64,000 bases of DNA from Podarcis melisellensis (GCA_964234715.1 OZ174277.1), one strand, 5' to 3'; positions 24,623-39,035 are shown, counted from the first letter of the stretch. Translations and numbers: made by a program. Notes: generated by a model not told the origin, from the sequence alone.

Positions 24623-27541
24623 TAGTTTCACTGCTAGTTTTATGAGCTTGTGTGGTACAAGCCATTACATTCTACAGGGGGTACTCAGCATTCTCCCCCA
24701 ACCCTGGGCCCTCCTGGTCTGAGCACATCAGTCTCCAGCCTTTCTCAGACAGAGCACAACATACCCAATAACATCTCCATCCCTTTCAGTGCAGAAATCA
24801 GCACGCGCAGAAGCATCTGCAAATATGGGCACTTCAAGGCACCAAAGCTACCTTCTGAGGAACCAATGGCAAGGTATGCCTCGGCAGACTACATAAGGCC
24901 TCAGGTGGCCCCAGTTCTTTGCTATGACATCTTTCAAAGCTCAGCCAGCAGGGCTTATGGCTCCTCACCTGCTTCTTCCTTCCATTTCCCCTGTATGTCT
25001 CAAGTCCCAGCAGAACTGGACACATGACACTTTAATAAACTCAACTATCCACCTACCCCTGAACATCCCCTTCTGCAGGGCCACTTTAAAAAAACAACAA
25101 CTTAAGGACAAAAATCATTTTATACAATAGAGCCTAACTTTGCTTCTACTTTTGGAGTAGATAGATAACGGTATGCTGCTGCCAAATTTCATCTGTGACA
25201 AACCTCTTGATTTCTCCACTGTGTGCTATGAGTAACTGTCACATTTACTGCTCTAATGAGAAAAAAATACACATAATGTCAGAAGCAACCTGGAAGCATG
25301 CTCTAAAGGCAAAGTAATTGTCAGCCTACGACTATGTCTACAATTACAGCATAGAAAAATTAGGAAGTGGGTCTGGAAGAATTATTGTTATCTCCTATAG
25401 AGAAGATGGGACAGGTTTCTTAAAAGCCTTCTACAAACCATGGAGAAAACTATACAACAGAAATACATTTCTGTACACTAACATGATATGGAAGGATGGC
25501 AGAGGGGTGGGGGGAGGGGAGAAAGCTTTTATGTGAACATAACAAATTAAATTTCAACCAAGGATGTTCTAAAAATGAGCAAAAAAAGCTAGTTAACAGG
25601 ATCTGTACAAGAGTCAATAGCTTTTTCTGTGCCCTTGACACCGCACAATATACTGATAGACCTAATATTCTCTCACAAGTATCTCCTGCATTATGATGCT
25701 GTCACCTTCTTTTTTCTACTCTCACATTTCTCTTTCCATTCATTCACTGTCACATTCAATGGAGCTGGCCAACTGTTACTCCACTAGCTGCAGTAGAGAG
25801 AGATTTTCCTCTTAGAGCTGTCATGTCTAAAACAGTTCTTCCCTCATCCTTAAAATGACAGAATACACATGGCTTGAGAAACATACAGACAGGGTGGGGC
25901 TGGGGGAGAGGATGCACCAAGGCATATTGAGTATTCTGATAAAAACATTCACAGCCATCCATTACTACACGGATCAGAAAGGTAACACATGCTCAGAGGA
26001 TTTTTGTTATTGACACAAAGAGGTAGAATTGCTTACAGTCACATGCGAATTATAAAAGAGGTGCTGCAATATTCTGTGACTAGGATCTATATAAAATGGA
26101 TGCAACACAGTGGTAGAATTATTGTCCTAATCCAAGTTTCTTTTCAAAGTATCTGCACAGTTGGGAAAAAAGAATGGGTGGTACATCACTTCTTTGACTA
26201 TACCTACCACTACTAAAAAAAAAAAAAATACTCCCCCCCCCCAATTAAATGTTCTGGGGAAAGAGTCCAGCAAGTCAGAGACTAGAACAAGAAAGAAAAA
26301 AAACTAACTCATGTTCCCAGATCCCTGCAAAGCTTATCTGAGGCTCTGGTGTGAGAGTCTTGTTAGGATAAAGTTATACAGGTGGTGACCATTTCAAGCC
26401 CATCCAACTGATGTGTGACTGCCAATGCACAGGTCCTTCTGGACCCAGAAGAGCAGAAAGGGGGTGAAACAGGGGCAGGACAGACTTATGCACACTCCAT
26501 CAATGTGAGGGGGCAGGAACGGAACCCCCACACAAATGGTTGCCACATATAAACTCAAACCCAAAAGCAGCCGAACCCTGGCTGGGGCCCCTGACCAACT
26601 TAGCCCTCCAAGTCCCGAGGCAAGTGTACCCAGCTACTCCCGCTCTCTGCACAGGCCTTCAGTGTCCCCTACTTTGCTAAAGGTGACAGCCGCACAGAAG
26701 CCACTTGAGAAGGTGTCAATGTAGCAGCTATTCCATGTGCTAGCTATTCCATGTGCCAAGCCATTTGTGTGCAACAGCTCACACCGCATATTATTGAACA
26801 GCCTGCCTTTCCATCAGCAGACTAACAAAATAAAAACTGCACAAAGCACTTACAAGCCACCAATAGACAGTCCAATAGCTATTTTGGGCCTTTCAAGAAA
26901 CCCGGCGGGGCAATTGTTTATGTAAAGTGGCCTTAGTTACAGAAGGAAGCTTAAGAAAACTGTGCATCTGCCACTGACAAGTGACAGTATAAACATTTCT
27001 TTAAAATGTATTTTAAGTCCAAGACCACTTCAGTTTGCTTTTGCCTCAAGAACAACATCTTGTTTGAACATATTAACATCTCTATTTAGCAAAGTGATAA
27101 TTTATGAAGCTATCAATGTAAGAGCTTATTTAAACAGCATGGATCTTTTATTCAGGTTAACCAGTCTGAGCTAGAAATAGGAGACCTTTTTTTAATTCTA
27201 ACTCTTAGGAAAAGCAAGTTTATTTACACAGTATTTCAAGGCCCAGGATCACAGCTGGAAATCTAAGGAACTCTCATTTGGCACCGCAATATACGAATTT
27301 CACAAACAAGAAATGCTCATGCTCAGAACCCCCTTTTAACAGGCAAAACAACTACAACTCCCCAAAACCAAATAAAGTATAGGCAAAAAGAAAAATAAAG
27401 CTACTCTACCTCCAAACAGGCAAACCCATCCAACCAAAGAAAAATGCCAAAAAAGGCCCAATCCTAAAAGTAAAAATTATAAGTTACCCCCCACTACTGG
27501 GAAGAGTGAAGAGATGCCAGCCTCACTATTTTTGTTGGACT

Positions 27542-27805
27542 CGGGGCGCCAACTATAGGGGGCTCTGAGAGCCCAAGCATCCACAAAAAATTGTTGTGGG
27601 TGCTCAGCACCCACACCGCATGGCCCCCGACACAACTTCTGAGGTCTCGCAAGGCATCTCCAAAGGTCGAGGCCTTCCGAGACCTCAGAACCCAACTTCC
27701 AGTGCCACGAGAAGTCATATTCTGAGGCTGGGGGGGGTGCACCGTCTTGTCATGACGTCACATGCACTGAGCACCCATAACCTGGGCCCCAAGTTGGCTC
27801 CCCTG
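27542..27805. mobile_element. GC-rich MITE with TIRs
   Basis: ggggcgccaact ... agttggctcccctg, with internal gggtgctcagcaccc and tgagcaccc motifs. Confidence 0.6.
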
Positions 27806-29659
27806 ACAAGAGTAGTGGGTATCTAGCAGTAGACATCCTTCCTACCAGCCCTTCCAATCAGACACAGTGTATATTCATCTGGGAAACATCCACCCACCTC
27901 AGAAAAATATATCTATATTTTCTATTTTCCAGGCCACTCCAACCATTTGCTTTTTAATTGTTTCCTGGTGAATGCTGGATTTTCATATAGAATTGATTCT
28001 GCCATCAAGCGGCTTATAAGATTTCCTCCTACCTAGAAAATTACTACTGCTACAGGGTTGTGTGCCTGCCCTGGCTTGTTACTTTAAGTGAGTTTTCAGT
28101 GAAATCCAGAAGGGATTAATGGGGGTACAAAATACTGGGGGGCTCCATTTGGTCACCTCAATCTTTTCCACTACACAATAAAATGGAAAGGGAGTAAATA
28201 AATAAATAAATATATGCTTTAGGAGGACCACTACAGACACAACACTATATGGCCATTATTAAGTATGGCTGATATCTCAGGAACACATACCTCAAAACTC
28301 CCTACCCCAATCCATCTACTCTACCACTTCCTTTTAGGAATCAGCTAAGTTTTTAGCACTCTTATATCTGCACTTAGTGTGGCTAACCTGGGTCAGATAT
28401 AATTGGTAAAGGGAGGAAGGAACACCCAATATCACATTACACTCCAATTTCTTTACCCTAATTAAAAACAGCCAACTAGATGAGAGTTCTCTTCCAAACA
28501 CTGATCTGATAATATATTTCTGAGCAGAATAAGTGGAGTGACAGAACCTGGCAACATCACTAAAATTTAAATCGTGTTTTAGTCACCTTCTGACTATTCA
28601 CTGAATTTAGTTCCCATTTCCATTTTTCATCCCTCCATCATTAAAAAAAAATAAAAATCATGTAAATCCAACCAGCACTGTCAGCTGCGGCTTTAAAACT
28701 TGTTTTCTTTTCTCAGAAAAGGTAATAAGCAGAGACACAAACTATTTATTCGGCACATAGCTCAGTGCTCTTCAAGGGTGAACAAATTTAAAAGGCTTAG
28801 ACCAGGAAACAAAACACTTCTGAAACCCCATTACAAGAGTTAAAAGAAAAGACCCAATCAATTTAAATAACAGACAGCATAAATAGCAGGCTGGTACTTT
28901 AAAAATGCAGATCACATTTCCCACAGATAAATATGGGAAGGCAGAAGAGAGGTGAGGTTACAGGATATTTACAAACTTAAGAATAAAAATGTTGCTTATT
29001 TCCTCCCTCTTAAGAGTAAATACCAAAAAGGAAGCTATTTAATAAATTAATATCCATCTGTTTTCACAGGCAGTCCCCATATATGCCATTATAATACCCC
29101 AACAGGGCTGGGACATGCAGATTTAAAGAGACAAGGTTGCTGAGTTCTTCAGATTTGTGAAGAATTCTCAACACTGATAACATGAGACAGGGATCTCCAT
29201 CAAGGCTTTAGGATGAAAACTTCAACTCCAAATAGCAGAGATTTCTGCTTAATGCATGCTGCAGTGTACCGCAAACAGACAGCTCTGCAAACATCACTCA
29301 CTTCTGGAAGCAAGATCTAAAAGCAAGGATATGAAAAGCTGCTTAGTGGGGAAATAATGTATCCAGGAGGAAACAATAAGCCAGATAGGTGGCAGCATAA
29401 ACCACAGCCATGTAGAGATGAAACATTTAATCCTCAATTCTACACACCTCTCCTTGTGCATATACCATGCTTTGCTTTAGCGAACTGAACTGCAAGGGGA
29501 TTCGTCTTGTAAAATATGTGTCGGTTGATAAGGCAATAAGATCAAAATAAAATAAAAAACCAACCCACAACTTTGATTTTCTACTTCAGCATGACACAAT
29601 GAGCAATCAATCTAGCAGACTATATAGAACTTTGCTAACTGGGACTGAACAGTAGAAGC

Positions 29660-30290
29660 ATCTCATGCGGGTGCTTTGCCAACTGCACTGGCTCCAGTCT
29701 GCTTCCAAGCAAATTCAAAGTACTGGTTTTAAATTTGAAGCCTATTTATTGTTTAGGACCAGGTCACCTTAAAGCAGGAGTGGGGAACCTGTGTTCTTCC
29801 AGATGTCTTATCACCCCTGATCATTGGGGCATGCTGTCTGGAGTTGATGGGAGCCGAAATGCAGCCATATCTGTTGTGACACATGTTCCTCATCCCACCT
29901 TAAAGGATTGTCTGTCTCCACATGCATCTTTCTAGAATTTGAGAGCTCTTCTCTATGTGCCCCCTTGCCAAGGGAAATGCAGGTGGCTTTGAGCTTTGGG
30001 GAAGAACATTTTTAATGGTTGGAATGCCCTCTCCAAGGAGGGTCACCTAGCATCTTCCTTGATATCTTTTTGGATTCAGCTAAAAAGCTTTTCATTCCCC
30101 CATGCCTAAAATATATTATCCACCTAAAGTTTAACTTTGTCATGGGATTTGAGGATACTTCCATTTCTATGAATTTGCATTTTTATCCTGTATTTTTGAT
30201 ATTTTGCCTTCTTTGTATTTTATTCATGTATTTGAGTGTTAGCTACCCTAAGAATTTTGTTGAAAGGCAGGAAATGAATATTCTAAATAA
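29660..30290 (+). mobile_element. Old L2 LINE 3' fragment interrupted by a hAT MITE
   Basis: 'caactgcactggctccagtctgcttccaagcaaattcaaagtactgg' (LHWLP...QFKVL-like), 'tggaatgccctctccaaggagg' and an A-rich tail near 30280. Confidence 0.65.
29775..29897. mobile_element. Short hAT MITE (family B) with an 8-bp TSD
   Basis: caggagtggggaacctgtg...cacatgttcctcatccca, with TSD ccttaaag at 29767-29774 and 29898-29905. Confidence 0.85.
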
Positions 30291-31424
30291 AGTCAAATTA
30301 AATACAAATATTTATTTTTTCTCATTGTCCAACAACTGTGTGTTTTCAAGTTTAATACATTAAGAGGTCATATAATAAATAATCTAAGTTTCTTTAATCA
30401 GGTGACAGACACATTTAAAAAGACATTTCAAAATCTGCAAAGAATAGATCAAGTGGCCTGCTATCTAGTCAATTAAGCTGGACCTGAGTCAACATCCATC
30501 AGCCTATTTGCTGCAGCTTGTAGCTGACAGTAGCAAGTCTAGATTCACTTCAATTTATAAAGGTTGGGGTGGGTTTCCCTTCACTTCTAACTTTCTATTC
30601 ACTTCATGTGAAGACCACCCAGATGTGCATCCATGGGCTGAATGTTCTCGTCCATGACAGGCACGTAACATAGGATGGTAACTATACAAATACTCACACA
30701 GGCCAAGGTCCAAAGAAATGTAATGCACAACTTGTAATGTAATGCACAACTCGTTGTGTGTGTCTAAAGGCCTTTTGGCTTTCATGCCATGTAGCACTCA
30801 CTTTGAACCAGAGGAGAGTTTCAAAAATTTGTTTTATGGCATAAGGACCTGCTGTTTAAATAAAAGACGAGGCATGCCTAAAGTTGTTCTTTGGATGCCA
30901 GCCATAGATCTAGTTTCAGACGACTGGCATGCATCTCACTACTGGAACAAGGTGCAATCCAAGTTTTCATGGCAGTGCCAATGTATGTTTGAACAGCAAG
31001 GCTGATCAAGTTGCAAATAAACAAAAGAGCCAAAATAACCCCCCTCTTCTAGTCAAAGAGTGTTGTCATATGCATTACATTAAGAAAACTTGAAGGTAAA
31101 AAGAAGGAAACTGTGGCGCGCGAACACACAATCAAAGTTACTCTGCTTACACTACATTCTTTAAAGATGAAAGTATTAACAGCTAGGTTACCTAGATCTG
31201 ACATGGACAATAATATAAAAGATCTCTTAACCTGAACATTTGTAATATGTCCTCCACCACTCTCATGCCTCATGCCCTTGATGGTGTGAGACAGCAATTT
31301 CTTCATGCAATAAAGCAAGCACAAAGTACAGAAATAAATTCACACTATAATCTTTGTAGGAGGATTCTACTTCAAGCAAGGCCCTGCTTATACTACAATT
31401 AATTTTAATATTCTAGCAGGGAAG

Positions 31425-31556
31425 NNNNNNNNNNNNNNNNNNNNNNNNNNNNNNNNNNNNNNNNNNNNNNNNNNNNNNNNNNNNNNNNNNNNNNNNNNNN
31501 NNNNNNNNNNNNNNNNNNNNNNNNNNNNNNNNNNNNNNNNNNNNNNNNNNNNNNNN
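31425..31556. other. Assembly gap (132 N)
   Basis: Run of n characters. Confidence 1.
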
Positions 31557-32430
31557 AGCTATAAAACTCTTGACAAATTCATTTTTGTATCACTGTATAT
31601 TCTTGCTAATAGGGCAGGGCACATCTGAGAGCCTGTTAATACCTTTTCTGTACAATCCAATATTAACTTACACAGGAGAGAATTTCTTTTAACAACAATA
31701 ATTTCAGTTTACAGTCAGCAGGAAAAATCAGAAAGGTAAAAGGTTGAGACTTCATGCAGAACATTTTCCATTTGCTTCAGATCAACAGGTACAATTCAGA
31801 AGACAAATTCATTTTTAGCAAGGAAAAATATTAGTCTAAGTGCCAAGAAAGCCATTGGAGTGCAACTACAGAGGTTTTAGCTTCTAATTGTCAACAGATA
31901 CCAGAACAGTATGTGCCAGAGGCAGCCTTCTCTAAGGCAACATAAACCTTGCCTCAGCTGGCAAAAGGACAGTGTCTTCATTGGCTGTGAACTGTTCCAA
32001 ACACGTTCAAAAGACATCTGCAACTCAGAAGGGAAAGGAATAAGCAGTCCTACCAGATGCCCCAGTTGCTTTCACTCCCTGCAATAAGCCCTCTGAGCCA
32101 AGTCTTGCCCAATTCCCTTGGAAATCTCATACCTGCCTCACACTAGCAGATCAGACGGTGTCAAATCAATTGCATGGTGAGGTCACAAGAAAAGGGGTAT
32201 CAGGCTGCTGTAAGAACCCAGATGGAAAGGAGATTCGCCTTATGCATTAATGGAAAGAACAGCAATAACTAGGTGGCATACCTGTTGTGAGATGGTTTGT
32301 GAGATGGATTGATGGGCTCTTTGGTGCCCAGAATGAAAAGCTGCCTACTACTACTGTGCTATTTACTTTTTATTCAAATGTAAACACAGAGGGGGAAAGG
32401 GTATCAGATTAAAATCGTTACACTGAGCAA

Positions 32431-32577
32431 CATGGGTGTAAGCCAGGATTTTTATTAGGGGGCAGGCGTTTTATTGGGGGGGAAGCAATTTATTGTGGGG
32501 GCAGAACCTCAGTGCTATGTATTTTTATTGTTTTTTTATTGATTGGGGGCAGCTGCCCCTCCCTTGTCTGTGCCATG
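32431..32577. mobile_element. Degenerate G-rich MITE
   Basis: catgggtgtaagccaggatttt ... gggggcagctgcccct...gtgccatg, with catgg/ccatg termini. Confidence 0.45.
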
Positions 32578-32599
32578 TCCATTACTGTGATTTAAGGAG

Positions 32600-32812
32600 C
32601 TTTGGAGTAAGTTGCGCCAGGAATTCAAAATCCTACTCATCCTACTCAACTCTCACATGGTGGTTTTGGACCAGTCACACACTTCTAGCCTGACCTCCCT
32701 CACATGGTTGCTGAGAGGGTAAAATGAAGGGCAGGAGAGTATGGATGACACTTGAATATCTTGCAGGAAAGGTAAGATGCAAATGTAGCAAATAAAGAAA
32801 TACATAAATAAG
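32600..32812 (+). mobile_element. MIR-like (CORE) SINE with an L2-type tail
   Basis: 'ttggaccagtcacacacttctagcctgacctccctcacatggttgctgagagggtaaaatg' followed by an aaataaa tail. Confidence 0.6.
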
Positions 32813-32985
32813 TGATGAGGAAGCCAGATTTTAAGAGAGGTGATGAATGCTTTTGGAGAGCCTGCCTTGAATTGAGAGGTTGCTTTCGCCACACCACTCT
32901 CAGAAAGCAACTCACTGTGGTATGTACATATTTAGGGCAGAAAGCCTTGGACAAGATCATCATAAAATCAAGTAAATGTCAGCTA

Positions 32986-33212
32986 CAGCTGTACCTTGGA
33001 TCTCAAATGTCTTGGCTCCTGAACAAATTGGCTCCTGAACGATCGAAACCCAGAAGTGTGTGTTACGGTTTTCGAATGATTTTCAGAAGCTGAACGTCCG
33101 GCACAGCTTCTGATTGGCTGCAGGAATCAGAAGCCACGCTTTGGTTTCCAAACATTTTGGAAATCAAACAGACTTCCAGAACAGATTCCGTTCAACTTCC
33201 AAGGTACAACTG
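32986..33212. mobile_element. Tigger/pogo-like MITE, second family
   Basis: TA|cagctgtaccttgga ... tccaaggtacaactg|TA. TIR is related to family A but the interior differs. Confidence 0.82.
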
Positions 33213-36077
33213 TATAGACTATGATTTCTTAGCAAAGTCTACTGCTTATAGTTATGTTACACAGAAAGGTGCTTTTATCAGACAACAGCAGTAGCCTTCA
33301 ACCACGGATGGTATAAAAAGAGGGTTATTGATTATACACACACATCTGGAAGCAGCATTTCTGAAAAAAAAGGGATCATTTAAAAATAAATACTATAGGG
33401 GTCTTAACATCTAATTGTCAAACAGTATCTGAAAGCCCTCAAGCCTATTTTCATAATGGTATATTTATGTTTGAGAAGAGTCTCTTGTGCTGCATAAAAC
33501 TACTAGCTAGATATAATAAGCTACAGAAAGCTAAAGGGCTGATTCACACAGCTGTGGGTGATAGGACCAACAGATACACTCGTAAGAATGCTGGGTAGGA
33601 AATGCATCACTTTTATATGTGTGTAGTTGTGAGGCCACTGGTAGCGTTAAATATCAGTTAAACTGCAATATTTCTTCCTAAGCATGCTTGCCTTTAGGGT
33701 CAGCATATAAAAGTTTCTATAGCCAACACAATGGCTATAGGCATTATTAAATTTAAACATGCTAAATATAGAAAGTAAAAATCTAAGCATTAAAATACAA
33801 TTGTCTTCAGTATTTGAAGCAAGGCCAGTAATTTTGTAACATTTTGTGTTTAGACAGAAAGTCCTAATGTATACAGTGGAGCAGTCCTTGCTATGCATTA
33901 TGCAAATCAACAAAAACTGATCGACTATGCATATTTAATTTGACTTTTAAACCCTCAGAACTATTATCAAAAGCTTTTTACTCTTGAATAAGGCCATATG
34001 TTGCTCTTTAATTAGAACTATTTCCATTCTAAGCTTCCAGCCCATGTTGCTTCTGAGCTTTTGGGTTTTTTTTTTTTTTAAGGTCATCATCTCTAAAGTG
34101 TCTTATGCACCCAAAAATGCAGAGTCGTGGTTGAAGGGAAGGCCGCTGAATTAAACTACTTCTGGAAAATTTCAGCCAGAAATCTGTTAAGACTGTAGGT
34201 TTAATTAAAACAGCAACAACAGTGCGTCAGGTTGCTAACACGTGGCAAAGTAAAGTTTAGCCACTTCTCAACTTAATACCAAATATAGTTTCTTCTGGTA
34301 TGTATATAAACATTATATGGCTTGTCTTAATATCACTACATCATTTTACACTGCATAACGCTGCCAGAATATGCAATGCTATCCTTCGCCATGGATCACA
34401 AATGGCAAATGAATCAACAGTTAGTAATTCATCTGTGTAACGAATAAGGTAATCAGGTTATTCAAGCACAGCCTTTTACTGTCCTCCATTGAGTCTAATG
34501 ACATCAAAACAGACTGTAATAAGATGAAACAGCAAAACCAAGTAAAGTTAAAACCTGCATTTCCAACAAAATCTGAAAAGAAATAGTGTTGTTAACAAAT
34601 CACACACACACATGTATTATGAAACTATCATGCAGTCACTATTGGTGAGGCAACGCGATCTAGTTGTGTATCAAAGAACAATTCTGCATCAATTGTCATG
34701 AAGGGCCAATTCCAGAATCTTTATTATTGGTGGTGTGGCATGAGCTAGGATGAATACTACTTGATTAAAATTCCATGACATGGGCAATAGTTGTTAAACA
34801 CTCCTGGGTCCAAGTATGTCCTCGTAAAGAGAGGACACAACACTGCAACCTCCATAGTGCTCTTTTAGAAAGGAACCCATGTACAGAGCATAGCTCCTTC
34901 TTTTGGCAATTGATCTCTTTTTAGTAAGTGCCTAACTCTGTGGTATCCAAGAAAATGACAGTGTTATTAACCAAACAATAAACAGATCAATTGAGTTCCC
35001 TGAGACATGAGTGGTGGTCTCTGCTTGTGTGCTACAATACCGAAGCTAAGGGAGTTACATAACTGTAATAAAAACTAATATTGGTTAGTATAATTCTGGA
35101 CATCTCACATTTGCCAGATATAGACATGAAAGAAGGTAGAGGCAGTATTAACTATATACTTGATATATGATATCTTGCAATATTAGAGAACTTGCATTCA
35201 AAGGAATGGGGCTAAATAATATCAATTCATAATTGATGTAACTAAACTTTAGAATTGGCATAATAAAGACAAAATTCGGAAGGATCTTGCTTTTGAGCAT
35301 AGACTAGTGAATGTGAAGTATTGCATATTTCTTTTTAAGGGAGTTAGTCAATTTAAGATGCTAGCTGCATAAAAACATCTTAAAAAGATCCTGAAAATCT
35401 CTTTATGGATCAAACTACACAATACATCAATGAGGTTTGTAGTTAAGACAATGAATAGCAAACATGCTCAGAAAAGCTGCATTAAAATTGTTAACTAAGC
35501 CCACATTATTGGGAGATTTATAAACATATACTTCAGAAAGCACCACTGCCTGGTTATTATCTTCAAGATAATTTCTCAGCCAGTCACTTTGGGGGGAGCG
35601 GACATGCATATAGGTTATCAGATAGGTGTTTTGCTGCTCTTGTAAGAAGCACCACAAGAGGGAAACAGAAGCAGGGAATTCAAATTTTATTCCTGAAGTG
35701 ACAAATGTTCTGCTATGATACTGCCCTGACCTGGTAACAGTTTTTCATGCTTTTGCAAGCACATGACCTGAAGAGTGTAATGCACTGTGTAGTGAACTAT
35801 TGGCGCATCCGGCAACTCATCTCCTAAAGCAGTAGGCTGCAGAGATCCATTAGCCAATGCTCAAGCCTGTGTCCTGGTTTCCTTCCTATGTAACTGCTTT
35901 TTAGCACAATTTTAGATATTTGTTCTGAAGTTCCAATCTCTCTCTCACACAAACACGCTCAGAAAGAAACAACATCTCACCTACATTCCTTAATAATGCC
36001 TATGGTCAGCTGGAGGAAAGGCCTCAATGTGTCTTTCGTACATCACTTATGAACACCAATTGCAGTCAAAGGCACTA

Positions 36078-36294
36078 CAGTGGTACCTCAGGTTAAGTAC
36101 TTAATTCGTTCCGGAGGTCTGTACTTAACCTGAAACTGTTCTTAACCTGAAGCACCACTTTAGCTTCCTGCTGCTGCCGCACCGCCGGAGCACAATTTCT
36201 GTTCTCATCCTGAAGCAAAGTTCTTAACTTGAAGCACTATTTCTGGGTTAGCGGAGTCTGCAACCTGAAGCGTATGTAACCCGAGGTACCACTG
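36078..36294 (+). mobile_element. Tigger/pogo-like MITE family A
   Basis: TA|cagtggtacctcaggtta...taacccgaggtaccactg|TA. Confidence 0.93.
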
Positions 36295-38046
36295 TACCTC
36301 TTATATTCCAGTATCTGAACTCAAACTTGTGAATTCCAGTTATGCACCTTCCACACATGGAGAAAAAATGTTTGAGAGATGAGAAAGCAGTTTTTAAATT
36401 AATATGACTTAATTTGTACTTGCATGTGTGCATTACTCTAACAAACCAGGCTTTGCCTCTGCACAGTGTGTTATAGGGCCCCTAAAACGAAGTGGGTAAA
36501 TGGCATTTGGGGTCATCATTTTACATTATACATAAAGCCAGGAGTGTCCATTACAGTTAAACAAATAAGAAAGAAACAAATAAGAAAGATGCAGTCACAA
36601 TCATGTCAAGAATACAATGGGAGATGGACTATACAGAAACGAACTGCATTTTTGTGCTTTAAAGGTAACCCACAAAAGGCATTGCCTCCAAGTACACTGC
36701 CTGTGTCTTCCTTTTAGAAGAAGATAAACAACTCCCGGAAGAGGGCAAGGCCTAAGACCTACTAACCATTATCGAAGTAAAGAAGAAATATGGTTCATAT
36801 TGTTTCACTGGAAACAACTTTGTCCTGAGGTAAACAGAGCTTACAAGAAAATAAATGGTTTCTATTTTACTCTGTGTATCCTTGAGTAATTCTTTGACAC
36901 TTTCTACCATTCTCAAGAGTTAAGTTTGTTTTTGGTGAATCATAATGTACACAAGACACCAGTGGCTAGTTTCTGGCAATGCTGCAAGAAGTCAGCACGG
37001 AAGATACACCCCCTGAAGTCCTGTATAGATATATATCTCTCAGTCTTGACAAATAATACTATGTAACAGTCAAGAAATTTGTTGGGAATGGTATACTTAC
37101 TGAATTGAAATGATGGCACCTTGGGCCACCTCCTACCCCATCTATAACAGAGTTTATTAGCAGTTCAGTATGACCTTCTTATTTTGAAAGTGTTCACAGG
37201 AGGCCAGTGCTCATTACAAGCCAATTAATGCCAGCAACAAGTTAAATTAATCTTCTCACCATAATTCTTGGAGGCCACAATGATTCTAGGTCTATCAAGG
37301 TTAGTATTTTAATTGCTTGTCATTCTAAGTCGGGAGAGCAATAAAGAAAGAGGGTGTTTAGGTAATTCTTGTCTTTCACCCACCCACCCCGCTCGCTATC
37401 AATTAGCAGAAGCCTTGAAGACATGGAGCATTGTACTGTATTTCTATAAACCACAAACAACTCTGAATAATGCATGTTTCTAATGACAAACATTATGACA
37501 ATAAGAAAGGATGAATTTGGCTACCCTTCAAAAAAGGAATGTATTATTGGCATTTTGAAATTCACTCTCTCATAGGTTGGTCTCCTTTTTGAAGAGAAAG
37601 AGTTAAACAGTTCCTTTTACTCCCAAAGGATTTTAATCCCACTCAGCGGTGCCATGTTTTATTTAAAACATACTCTCTCTCAGTAACCACTTGTTCTAAT
37701 TGGCAAGGCAAGGCAAGGTCCCAAAAGCACACAGCTCGTTACATTCAGTTTGGATTACAAAAACACGATGAAACAAACTGCATCGAAATGTACAAATTAA
37801 CGGCTCAGGAGTGCACGACACGGACGTGGAATTAGATTGTAATATGGAACCAACTCTACAGGGAGGCTGGGGAACAAATCACTAGTGTCTTTATAAACTA
37901 TACAAGGTTTCCAAATGAGCAAATACAGAAAACAGAGGACAAGTTTTTCCATAATTCAACTAAATTGCTAAACATGGACAGAAGAGAAGATTCCTTCTCT
38001 CCCACTCCAGTCAGCATACATGCAACAAGAGAACAGGTGCTACCAA

Positions 38047-38090
<44 letters not shown>
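38047..38090 (+). repeat. (AAT)14 microsatellite
   Basis: Perfect run. It produces the poly-Tyr in ORF 37898..38104. Confidence 0.96.
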
Positions 38091-38091
<1 letters not shown>

Positions 38092-38769
38092 CTAAAGAAA
38101 TCATACTGACCAGCCCTTAGCTTGCTTCACACTGTCAACATAGAAAAGTCTCTTTACAACTAAGTCATCTGAGAACATGCACACACAGGGGACTAAATTA
38201 GATATGATGTTTCAGCAGGCCTTGCGCAGAGCAAGGTTAATGGTCAAGAACTGAGAACACAATATTAAGAAGAAGTATGAAGCGAGACTATTACGAAGTC
38301 ATAACACAAATCAGACACACTTAATCGTAGAGGAGAATGCACAGCATCTCACACACACACATATTTGTGAAAGGCTTTCCATATGTCTTTGACCACAAAA
38401 CTTCAGTGATGGTTTGTGAAGTCTGTCAGGCATTCAAAGGACCAGAATTGGGAAGTGTCAAACACTACAGCAGGATTCAGACCTTTAGGATGGCTAGAAT
38501 CCAACAGTTATCATTTAGCAGTAAATATGTAACATTTTACTGAATTAAAATGTCCTAGATTAAGCCATATCGATATGATATTCAAACGACATATTAAAGG
38601 TTCTCAAGGAAGTTAATGAACCCGGGGACCTATCCATGGAATGGGTAATTGGATCCAACTCTCCTTTTTAATAGTTGGAATCTAAGTAGTTGAAGAAATG
38701 CTTTCAACCCTATATCCTGTAACCCTAAGATATCACCCTATCTCCTTTTCCCTTATTAGACCTGAAGCA

Positions 38770-39035
38770 TATGCCAACTAGAGAGCCCTTCTGGCTATGG
38801 CACTCAATCAATGCACCACCCACCCCAGGGACATTTACGGTACCTGGCACCAACATTTCTTCATTTTTGGTGCTTGGGAAAACCCTTTTTAGTCTCTCAG
38901 GCTTTTAAAGTATTTTTTGGCATTTTAAACTCTTGCTGACTGCTCTGGTTTTATCTGCTGGCTGTTTTTATTGTGTGGCTTTATTATCTCCATTTTGTAA
39001 TCCATCCGGATTACCAGAGGTATTACTTTAAATAG
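38770..39035 (+). mobile_element. Very old L2-type 3' fragment
   Basis: 'agagcccttctggctatggcac', 'ctctcaggcttttaa', then a T-rich UTR and 'ttgtaatccatcc'. Confidence 0.4.

Noticed and set aside
37898-38104. Poly-Tyr ORF
   Set aside because: Translation artefact of the (AAT)n microsatellite.
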